64,000 nucleotides of DNA from Candidatus Eiseniibacteriota bacterium. Its GTDB lineage: Bacteria; Eisenbacteria; RBG-16-71-46. Below the pieces are notes generated by a model. That model did no database searches and was not told the origin of the DNA. It saw only the letters and a program-made list of their open reading frames with translations. The translations under genes were made by a program, and so were the position numbers. The DNA lies in NCBI GenBank assembly GCA_041483195.1, contig JBGPFC010000023.1, positions 1 to 64,000 on the forward strand, given 5' to 3'. Positions 35,583 to 43,710 of the stretch are shown here, piece after piece (position 1 is the first letter of the stretch; each line of letters begins with the position of its first letter).

Positions 35583-38264
35583 ATGATGGCCCCCCTGCTC
35601 AAGAGTCTGCTCGGGAACGGCTCCAGGGATCGGGAGCACGCGGAGGAGATGCGCGCGATCCTGCACGACATGCAGCAGGAACGCGCCCGCTACCAGACGC
35701 TGCTCGAGAACACGCAGGCCGCTGCGGAACGCCTGGGCCAGCTGGGCGAGCCCATCGCGCAGGCCGAGAGCGGCGTGAGCGCCGTGTCCGAGGGTCTCGC
35801 GAAGCTGCAACAGCGCTTCGAGGCGATGCTCAAACTCTCGACCCAGATCATGAATCTCGACGAGCGCGCGGAGGGCCTCGCGCAGAGTCAGCAGCGGACC
35901 GAGGCACAGATCGCCACCACGCTCGCGGAGGCGGAACGGATCCGCTCGATGTTCGAGGACATCGGCCGGAAGATCGATCTCGCCCTGGAGCTGAAGGACA
36001 AGCTGGGGGCCTTTCTCGAGGTGGAGAAACCGTTCCAGCAGCTGCACGGCGAGGCCGATGCGCTCCGCGGCCAGGTCGAGGGCACGGGTGATCAGCTCGC
36101 CCGCCTGCGAGAGCAGCACGACCGGCTGCTCGATGCGCACAAGCTCGGGATGTCGAAGATGGAGGCGCTGGACCGGCGCCGCGAGGAGTTCAGCCGCGAC
36201 CTGCAGGACAAGGAGCGGCGGGTCGCGAGCGTCGAGGCCTCGCTGCGGGGAATCGACGGCGTCCAGACCACGGTGGACCACGTCAAGCGTGAGATGGGAA
36301 CGCTCAAGGCGCTCGGCGAATTCGTCGCGCAGAAGAGCGCGGCGCTCGAGGCGCAGCGCGACGCGGTCGAGACCGCGCTCACCCGCGCGGACCAGCTGGA
36401 GCGCGCGATGCGCCAGATCGACGCCGGCGTGAGCCAGCAGCAGCAGAACGAGAAGCTGCTGGGCGCGCTGCAGGACGACGTCGCAGCGCTCAGGTCGCTC
36501 CACGAGTCGGTGCTCGAGCGCTCAGGCGAAATCACCCAGCTCCAGCGCGACGCCGACGAGCGGGCCCAGGCGGCCCGGCACGACCTGGCGCTGATGCGGG
36601 ACGAGACGAAGCAGACGCTCGAACGGTTCGACTTCGAGAATCGAGGCCTCGAGTCGGTCAGTCAGCGGGTGGCGGACCTGCGCGCCGCGCTCTCGGACTT
36701 CGAGAACCGCTTCAAGAGCCTGAGTGAGACCGGCCAGATCGTCGCGGAGCTCAAGCCCCAGGCACAGGCCCTGTCCGCCCACTTCCAGACGCTCTCCGAC
36801 CAGGTCGGCCAGGTCGATCAGGACCTCGCGAAACTGCAGGCCCTCCGCCGCGACCTCGACCTGATGAGCCGCACCAGCCGCGACACCGGCGCGCAGGTCG
36901 CACAGATCGAGGCGGCGCGGCCGGCGCTCGAGGCGGCACTCCGCGACCTGGAGCAACTGAGCCGCGTCGACGCGACGGTGAAGGACGCGCTCGAACACAC
37001 CGTGCTCGCCCACGGCGAGATCGTCCGGGTGCGCGAGAGCCAGTCGGATACCCGCTCGTGGCTCGCGAACGTCGAGCAGTCGGTCGGCGCGCTCGGCGAG
37101 CAGGTGGGCCACCTGCAGAAGCTGGCCCCCACGATCGATGTCGCGCACAAGCAGGCGGAGCGCGTGCACGAGTCGATGTCGGCCATCGCGGCGCGCGGCG
37201 CGTTCGTCGAGGACATGCACCGCCGCATGGCGGAGCTCGGGGCACTCACCGGAACGTTGGACGAGCGTGGCCAGCAGTTGCAGACGCGCATGGACGCCGC
37301 CGAGCACCGGTTCGTCGGACTGGCGTCGCACGCCGAAGAAGCGGAAAGCACGGCCAAGACCATCGCGGCGGTCTCATCCGGGGTGATCGAAGCCCGGCGC
37401 GAGGCGGACCAGATCGCGAAGACGGTCGCGGCGATCGAGGCGCGCTGCGAGTCGGTGGAGGAACTCGCCGAGAAGACGCGCGTCCTGAAGCAGGAGCTCG
37501 ATCAGCGGCGGCACACGCTCGCGGAGACGGCGAAGGATCTGAAGCGGGCATCCGAGCTTCGGCAGGAGGCGGCGGCCTCCGCGCAGCAGCTCGGCGAGCT
37601 GTCCAAGCGTCTCGGCGCATCGCTCACATCGGCAGACCAGCGGACCGAAAGCATCGCGGCGCTCTCGACGCAGCTCGAGGACCGCGCGGCCGAGCTGCAG
37701 TCCGTGGAGAAGCGGCTGGATCTGTTCGAGCAGCGCATGGCGAAGTGGGACCTGGTCGAGCCGAACGTCGCAAGGGCGCTGGAACAGATCTCCGCCCGCC
37801 AGGGCACGCTCGAGGCGCTGGAGGCCGATCTCGGCCGGATGTTCGTGATGGCCGAGAAGACGTCCACCGAGGTCCGCGAGATCACATCCGCGCGGCGGGA
37901 GATCGAAGAGAGCCGCGAAGTGCTCGACGACGTGATGGGCCGGCTGCGCGAGGTGCGGGAGACGGCGAGCGCGCTCGACGAGCGCAAGCGTCAGCTCAGC
38001 AAGGCCGAGGAGCGGCTGGCGCGCGCGGATGCGCTGCTGGTCGACGTGCGCTCCGGCATCGAGTCGCTCCAGGGGCAGAAGGTCATCGTCGACCAGGCGG
38101 TCGCGAAGACGAGCTCGCTGCGGTCCATGCTGAAGCAGGCGGAGTCCGTGATCGAAGGGCTGAAGGACGAGCGGAAGATGACGGCCGATGTGCGAGCTGC
38201 GGTGACTTTGGTTCGGAAGAGTCACGATGAAGACGATTCGGAGGACTCGGCGAAGGCTGCTTGA
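35583..38264 (+). CDS. Large orphan coiled-coil protein (~890 aa)
   Basis: GGAAGGAG RBS; continuous E/Q/R/L/A-rich heptads; no Walker motif, TM segment or signal peptide; acidic tail. Confidence 0.8.
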   Translation: MMAPLLKSLLGNGSRDREHAEEMRAILHDMQQERARYQTLLENTQAAAERLGQLGEPIAQAESGVSAVSEGLAKLQQRFEAMLKLSTQIMNLDERAEGLAQSQQRTEAQIATTLAEAERIRSMFEDIGRKIDLALELKDKLGAFLEVEKPFQQLHGEADALRGQVEGTGDQLARLREQHDRLLDAHKLGMSKMEALDRRREEFSRDLQDKERRVASVEASLRGIDGVQTTVDHVKREMGTLKALGEFVAQKSAALEAQRDAVETALTRADQLERAMRQIDAGVSQQQQNEKLLGALQDDVAALRSLHESVLERSGEITQLQRDADERAQAARHDLALMRDETKQTLERFDFENRGLESVSQRVADLRAALSDFENRFKSLSETGQIVAELKPQAQALSAHFQTLSDQVGQVDQDLAKLQALRRDLDLMSRTSRDTGAQVAQIEAARPALEAALRDLEQLSRVDATVKDALEHTVLAHGEIVRVRESQSDTRSWLANVEQSVGALGEQVGHLQKLAPTIDVAHKQAERVHESMSAIAARGAFVEDMHRRMAELGALTGTLDERGQQLQTRMDAAEHRFVGLASHAEEAESTAKTIAAVSSGVIEARREADQIAKTVAAIEARCESVEELAEKTRVLKQELDQRRHTLAETAKDLKRASELRQEAAASAQQLGELSKRLGASLTSADQRTESIAALSTQLEDRAAELQSVEKRLDLFEQRMAKWDLVEPNVARALEQISARQGTLEALEADLGRMFVMAEKTSTEVREITSARREIEESREVLDDVMGRLREVRETASALDERKRQLSKAEERLARADALLVDVRSGIESLQGQKVIVDQAVAKTSSLRSMLKQAESVIEGLKDERKMTADVRAAVTLVRKSHDEDDSEDSAKAA

Positions 38265-38275
38265 AGTAACTAACG

Positions 38276-38355
38276 GCAAACAGCGGCGGCACAGTCTCCC
38301 CCTGCCTCATAGAACAAAACCTTCGGCTGGGGGAGACTGTGCCGCCGCTGTTTGC
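38276..38355. repeat. Long hairpin element, copy B (27-bp perfect arms, 26-nt centre), inverted relative to copy A
   Basis: GCAAACAGCGGCGGCACAGTCTCCCCC - TGCCTCATAGAACAAAACCTTCGGCT - GGGGGAGACTGTGCCGCCGCTGTTTGC. The reverse-complemented centre matches copy A at 24/26. Confidence 0.9.
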
Positions 38356-38458
38356 AGATATTGCCGCGCGACCGGCAATACCCCACACTCTCAATGTCGT
38401 CTCCGCCGCGCGCGAGCGAGAAGATGCTCGCGGCGCGCTCGCGGCTCGGACGTCGTCC

Positions 38459-40489
38459 TTATGGCACTTGCGTGGTCGTGGTCTGGTGCCGCTTGATCCA
38501 CTCGATCCAGAGGCGGGCGCGCTCGCGGGAGTTGACGGGATCGGACGAGGCGTGGGTGCGGCCGCGGAACGCTATGAAATCGGTCTCGACGCCGTTGTCC
38601 TTCATCGCGCGATAGAGCGACATCGCCTGCGTGGGCGGCACGCGGAAGTCCTCGATGTTCGCCATCACGCGGGTGGGCGTCTTGATGCGGGTGGCGAACG
38701 TGATCGGGGACTGGGTTCGGTAGAACGCCGCGCGATCTCCGATCCATGGCGATCCCCCGAGGTCGTTCTTCAACGCGATGTTGCCGTCCGAGAAATTGTA
38801 CTGGTCCTCCCAGCTCGTCACCGGCGCACCGGCCACCGCGGCCTGCCACGCGTCGGGGTAGTTGCCGATCAGCCAGCTCGTCATGTATCCGCCGTACGAC
38901 CAGCCCGTCACGGAGACGCGGCTCCCGTCGAGGTACGGGCGCTTGCGCAGCTCGGCGATCCCGGCCATCACGTCGCGCCCGGGACCCGCGCCCCAGTCGC
39001 CGTGGATCGCGGACTGATAGGCGTTGCCGAGATTGTCGCTGCCGCGATAGTTCGGCATGAACACGCACCATCCCTCGCTCGCCATCAGCTGCGCGAGCGA
39101 GTTGAAGCTGGTCTTGGAACTCGCGGTCGGGCCGCCGTGGATGGCGAGCACGATCGGATACGAACGATGCGGATCGAAGTCGGGCGGAGTGACGAGCACT
39201 CCGTCCTCGTCGAACCCGTCGTTCTGCCACGTGACGCGCTCCATGCGCCCGAGCGCGAAATCGGAGGCCCAGCCGTTGAAGTCGGTCACGCGCCGCGGGC
39301 GCGCGCTCGGCGAGTCCATGACGTAGAGCTCGGACGGTCGCGACGCGGTGGTTGCGGAAAACACGATCGCTCCGGTGCGCGCGACGGTGACGTCGTAGCC
39401 GAACGCGCCGTTCACCACCAGGTCGCCGAGCTCGAGCCGCCGGGCCGCGCCATCGAGCTGCTGAATCCAGAGGCCCACGCTGGTTCGGTCGTTGGCGGCG
39501 ACCAGCAGCGAGCGGCCATCGGGCATCCACTCGCCGTTGAAGACCATGCGATCGAGCGCACGCGTGAGGCTGTGTCCCGCGCCGCCCGCCGCCGGCGCCT
39601 GGTACAGCTCGTTCACAACGCCCGCGTCGCCGCGACCGTCGCGCGGAAACCAGTAGGTGATCGAGCGGCCGTCGGGTGAGAAGGCCGGATTGCTCTGGAA
39701 GCGCGCGGCGCCATCGAGCGAGCGGATGCTCCCGCTCTCGACGTCGAGCACGGCGACGCTCACGGAATCCAGCCTGCCGCTCTCCGCAGCGGGGACCCGC
39801 GCGAACGCGATCGACTTGCCGTCGGGCGACCAGCTGAGGTGGGACGGCGGGCTCGAGGGCGGAAGCACGAACTCGAGGCTCCAGGCGCCGCTCGTCAGCC
39901 GCTTCGTCTCGCCCCCGCTAACCGATTGGAGCCAGATGTGCTGCGGCTCGAGGTTCTCGCGAAGGAAGAGGTCCTGGGCGCCGACGTTGAAGGTGGCGAG
40001 ATGACGGGCCTCGCCCGACTGCTTCGGCGTCGTGTCGGCCGCCGCGAACGCGATCGCGCCGCCGTCGGGGCGCCACGCGTAGTGCTCGACGCTGGTGGCC
40101 GAATGCGTGAGACGCCGCGCCTCGCCGCCGCGAAATGGCAGCAGCCACACCTGCATCAGGTCCTTCGCATCGGGCGCGAGGAACGAGATCGTTCCTCCGT
40201 CCGGCGACCAGCGCGGCTCTGCGACGTGCAGGCGCTCGACCGTGAGCGCGCGCGTCGCGCCGCTCGCGAGGTCCGCGACGTAGAGCTCGGACTCGTTCTT
40301 GTCGGAATCGTAGTTCGGCTTCGTCACGATGAACGCGGCGGTCTTGCCGTCGGGCGCGACGCGGGCGCCGCCCACGTTCACGGCCTTGCGCAGCGTCTCG
40401 AGGGTGAAGCGCTCCGACTTCGCGTGAGCGGCCGACGTCGCGACGGCGAGCGTCAGCAGCAGCGTGCCGACAAGGAATCGTGTGCGCAT
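38459..40489 (-). CDS. Secreted S9C peptidase (acylaminoacyl/dipeptidyl peptidase-like)
   Basis: Signal peptide from ATG 40489; WSPDG propeller repeats; 'IHGGP', 'NYRGS', GWSYGG, 'DFRVP', catalytic His. Confidence 0.9.
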   Translation of the reverse strand: MRTRFLVGTLLLTLAVATSAAHAKSERFTLETLRKAVNVGGARVAPDGKTAAFIVTKPNYDSDKNESELYVADLASGATRALTVERLHVAEPRWSPDGGTISFLAPDAKDLMQVWLLPFRGGEARRLTHSATSVEHYAWRPDGGAIAFAAADTTPKQSGEARHLATFNVGAQDLFLRENLEPQHIWLQSVSGGETKRLTSGAWSLEFVLPPSSPPSHLSWSPDGKSIAFARVPAAESGRLDSVSVAVLDVESGSIRSLDGAARFQSNPAFSPDGRSITYWFPRDGRGDAGVVNELYQAPAAGGAGHSLTRALDRMVFNGEWMPDGRSLLVAANDRTSVGLWIQQLDGAARRLELGDLVVNGAFGYDVTVARTGAIVFSATTASRPSELYVMDSPSARPRRVTDFNGWASDFALGRMERVTWQNDGFDEDGVLVTPPDFDPHRSYPIVLAIHGGPTASSKTSFNSLAQLMASEGWCVFMPNYRGSDNLGNAYQSAIHGDWGAGPGRDVMAGIAELRKRPYLDGSRVSVTGWSYGGYMTSWLIGNYPDAWQAAVAGAPVTSWEDQYNFSDGNIALKNDLGGSPWIGDRAAFYRTQSPITFATRIKTPTRVMANIEDFRVPPTQAMSLYRAMKDNGVETDFIAFRGRTHASSDPVNSRERARLWIEWIKRHQTTTTQVP

Positions 40490-40607
40490 GACGGATCTCC
40501 CGGGTGGATGGACGAACGATGGGGAGCAGGGTAGTGCAGTTCGCGCCGCCGCGCATCGGGGATTCGCCGGGAGCCCCGCACGCCGATGCGCCATCGCGCG
40601 CCCGTCC

Positions 40608-41150
40608 CTACCCCGCCAGCCGGTGCGCCGTCACGGGGCCCGAGATCAGCTCGCCGCCGATCGTCAGGTACAGCATGCCGTCCGTCACCGACAGGTCGAA
40701 CGCCGTGCGCCGCTCGAGGCGTGAGACCAGCGCGGTCAGCACCGCGCGATCGAGCGCGTACAGCTCGAGCGCCTCCGCGCGATGCATGCGCTCCCCAGCG
40801 AGCGTGGCCCAGTAGCGCTCGGCGAAGTGATACGTGTACACCGCCACGCGCGGCGTGGCCTTGCCCGCGCGGTGCAGGCGCGCGGCATCGGGCGCGCCGA
40901 TCTCGATCCATGCCAGCAGGGCGCCGGTGAGGTCACGCACCTCGAGCGCCGGCTGGTCGGGATCCGCGAGGCCCCTCGAGAACGCGAGACCCTCGCGGTA
41001 CTCGAGGCAGTAGGCCAGCACCCGGGCGCACATGAACTCCTCGCTCTCGGACGGGTGCCGCGCGACGCGCAGCTCGAGCGACTCGTAGACCCCGCGGTCC
41101 ACGTGAGAGAGCTGGACGTCGAACTGATGGATGGTGGCGGTGAGTGCCAG
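40608..41150 (-). CDS. yaeQ: YaeQ-family protein (probable CTG start)
   Basis: '(M)ALTATI...VDRG...ARHPSE...R.LAY...GL...WIEIG.PD..RL'; GAGGA 5 nt before CTG. Confidence 0.85.
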   Translation of the reverse strand: MALTATIHQFDVQLSHVDRGVYESLELRVARHPSESEEFMCARVLAYCLEYREGLAFSRGLADPDQPALEVRDLTGALLAWIEIGAPDAARLHRAGKATPRVAVYTYHFAERYWATLAGERMHRAEALELYALDRAVLTALVSRLERRTAFDLSVTDGMLYLTIGGELISGPVTAHRLAG

Positions 41151-41168
41151 CGGCGTCCTCGGTCTCGC

Positions 41169-42221
41169 CTAAGGGTTGCCGGCGCGCGCCGTCTCGGAGT
41201 CGGCCGCGAAGCGCCGCCTCAGATCGCCGACCAGCTCGTCGAGGTAGCCGTGACCGGCGTACTCGGCGCGCAGCTTCGAGACGTCGATGACGTCGATGCC
41301 GGGGAGCGGGGCCGCGTGCCGCAAAGAGCCCCCGGCCCTCGCATGCGCGTGAACGGCGCGCGACATCTTGAGCGCCTTGTCGCGCGACGAGGCGTAGAGC
41401 GTCACGTGCCGCGCCATTTCGCCGAGCCGGGGCGCGAGCAGCGTGAACAATCGCGCGTCGACGTCCGGCGCCACGAAGATCACCTGGTCGAAGCGGGTGG
41501 TGTCGCCGGCCGTTCGCCGCTCGGCGAGATCGGCGAGCGCGCGGGCCAGGGCGCGGGATCCCATGCTGTGGGCGAGCAGGCGAACGCGCGCGGCGCCGGC
41601 CTCGCGGGCCAGCCGTTCGAGGAACAATTCCAGATTTTGCTCGGAGCACTCGACGGTCTCCTCGTCCGACAGATAGCGGTTCGAGGAGGGCCACGCGAAC
41701 AGCACGCTCGGGCCTCCGTAGCTCAGATCGCGCGAGATCTGCGCGAAGTACCGCGCCGCGCGCTCGAATGGCGTGTTGAAACCGTGGATGAAGACGAGCA
41801 CGTGCGGGTCCCGCGCCGTAGCGAGCGAGTCCCGCAGGCCGTCGAAGAACGCAGAGTCATCGGATGGCCGGAGATCGAACAGCCGGGCTCCCCGCACCGG
41901 CGCGCCGGCGGTGCGGAACCAGCGGGTCACGGGGGAGAGTGCGCCGGGTCGGCGCGGCGGCCGCAGGCTCACGCGCGCGGTGCCGAAGTGAAGATCGCCC
42001 CAGGTCGATCCGTAGAACCGCTGGAGCTGGGCTCGACCGGTCGTCTGCCGGTCGGTGGCGTAGAAGAGGGTCCGCGTCACGGGACCCGATGGCGCGACCG
42101 CGGGGGGAGCCGTGAGCGCGGCGCCCGGCGGAGGGGCGGCGCGGTTCGCGGCGCAGCCCGCGAGCACCGGAATCCAGATCGCGATGGCGAGGCGGGCGGC
42201 GCGCGATCGCGCCCCACTCAC
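41169..42221 (-). CDS. DUF900-like alpha/beta hydrolase lipoprotein
   Basis: 'LAG|C' lipobox; 'FYATDR', 'VFIHGFN', 'FAWPS', AHSMG, 'APDVD', 'DKAL..S'. Confidence 0.85.
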   Translation of the reverse strand: MSGARSRAARLAIAIWIPVLAGCAANRAAPPPGAALTAPPAVAPSGPVTRTLFYATDRQTTGRAQLQRFYGSTWGDLHFGTARVSLRPPRRPGALSPVTRWFRTAGAPVRGARLFDLRPSDDSAFFDGLRDSLATARDPHVLVFIHGFNTPFERAARYFAQISRDLSYGGPSVLFAWPSSNRYLSDEETVECSEQNLELFLERLAREAGAARVRLLAHSMGSRALARALADLAERRTAGDTTRFDQVIFVAPDVDARLFTLLAPRLGEMARHVTLYASSRDKALKMSRAVHAHARAGGSLRHAAPLPGIDVIDVSKLRAEYAGHGYLDELVGDLRRRFAADSETARAGNP

Positions 42222-42259
42222 CTCGCGAACCGGCGGGCCGTCGCGGTCCTCCGCCGGCC

Positions 42260-43369
42260 TCACGAAGGCGCGGTCCGCGAGCCGGCGCCGATCCGCGCGC
42301 GAGGGCCGTCGCCCAGGTCCACGCACGCCTCGCACGTCCGAGGCAACGCGTCGAGCCCGAGCAGCTCGATGCCGGGCGACAGGTACGCCTCGCGCGCCGG
42401 CTCGTCGTGCAGCAGCGCCGTGCTCAGATACTTCTTGTTGTCGTCGGGGAACACGGTGACCACGATCGCGTCGGGCCCGAGCGCCTGCTGCACCATGAGC
42501 GCGCCGATGAGATTCGCCCCGGACGAGATCCCGACGCCGAGCCCGAGCCGGGCGGCGAGCATCTGTGACATCAGTATGGCATCGCCGTCGTTTACGCCGA
42601 CCACCGCATCGAGCGCAGCGAGCTCGAGGATCGCGGGCACGAACTCGTCCGACACGCCCTGGATGCGATGCGATCCCAGCTTGCACCCGGTGCTGAGCGT
42701 CGGCGATTCCTTCGGCTCGAGCGGATGGACGCGCACCCCGGGGCGCACCGCGCGCAGATGGCGGCCCACGCCCATCACCGTGCCGCCGGTCCCCACGCCG
42801 GCCACGAACGCATCGGGCGCGAGCCCGCGATGGCCGAGCTGCCACACGATCTCGGGCCCGGTCGTCAGCGCATGGGCCTCGACGTTCGCGGGGTTCGAGA
42901 ACTGGCGCGGAAGGAACACGCGCGGATCGCGAGCCGCCAGCGCCTCGGCGCGATCGATGCAGCCGACGAAGCCGCCCTGCTCGCGCGACACCAGCTCGAT
43001 GCGCGCGTCGAAGCTGCGTAGCAGGTCCGTGCGTTCGCGGCTCAGCCAGTCCGGCATGAAGATCGTGACCGGATGTCCGAGGGCGCGCCCCAGCGCCGCG
43101 AACGAGATCCCGGTGTTGCCGCTGGTCGCCTCGACGATGGTGTCGCCCGCGCGGATCGCGCCGATTTCGTACGCCCGGCGGAGCACGTGGAGCGCCATCC
43201 GGTCCTTGATGCTGCCGGTCATGTTGAGCTGTTCGGACTTGGCGTAGAGCGTGCGGAGCGCGCCGCGGAAGCGCAGCGTGATGGCGAGCAGCGGCGAGTT
43301 GCCGACGGTGCGCGCGAGCGCGCGGAAGGCCTCGGCGGTTCGCGGGTCGAGCGGTGCTGCCGTTTTCAT
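42260..43369 (-). CDS. PLP-dependent cysteine synthase family protein
   Basis: 'TGSIKDR', 'EATSGNTG', 'QFSNPAN', 'GVGTGGT', 'HRIQG', 'KYLS'. Confidence 0.9.
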   Translation of the reverse strand: MKTAAPLDPRTAEAFRALARTVGNSPLLAITLRFRGALRTLYAKSEQLNMTGSIKDRMALHVLRRAYEIGAIRAGDTIVEATSGNTGISFAALGRALGHPVTIFMPDWLSRERTDLLRSFDARIELVSREQGGFVGCIDRAEALAARDPRVFLPRQFSNPANVEAHALTTGPEIVWQLGHRGLAPDAFVAGVGTGGTVMGVGRHLRAVRPGVRVHPLEPKESPTLSTGCKLGSHRIQGVSDEFVPAILELAALDAVVGVNDGDAILMSQMLAARLGLGVGISSGANLIGALMVQQALGPDAIVVTVFPDDNKKYLSTALLHDEPAREAYLSPGIELLGLDALPRTCEACVDLGDGPRARIGAGSRTAPS

Positions 43370-43389
43370 GCCCGGGTCTCCGCGCGCCC

Positions 43390-43602
43390 TCAGCCTCTGG
43401 CGGGCTCCGACGCCGCCCGCGCCTCGCGCTGGAAGCGCTCGAGCGACTGCGCGTCCTGCTCCAGGTCGTGGGGCAGGAACTCGAGCGCGACGCGCCGGCC
43501 GAGCCGGCGGTCCTGGGCCTCGTACCCCACGCCCATCCCGCCGCTCCCCAGCATGCGCACGATCGTGTAGTGCGAGACGACCGTGCCGTCCAGGATGTCC
43601 AT
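43390..43602 (-). pseudogene. Truncated Ser/Thr kinase N-lobe fragment
   Basis: '[34 protein letters not shown]...[10 protein letters not shown]' then stop after 70 codons; the catalytic Lys is Glu. Confidence 0.7.
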
Positions 43603-43710
43603 TCGGGTGTACGCCTTCCGGTTGGAGTCGGCTCGGCGATGAGCTGGGGATGGAGGATGAAGGAAAAGACCGGCAGCCACTCTAGCAGATCGAGCCGCAG
43701 CACGGACTGC

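Noticed and set aside
16963..38355. CRISPR or integron interpretation of the repeated element
   Set aside because: Only two dispersed copies; no array, cas gene, integrase or attC-type RYYYAAC/GTTRRRY ends.
41169..43703. Apparent 844-aa ORF; likewise the extended forms 43711-48252, 58242-60032, 13417-14439 and 185-2383
   Set aside because: The N-terminal extensions overlap real upstream genes in another frame. True starts are downstream, at RBS or stop-start overlaps.
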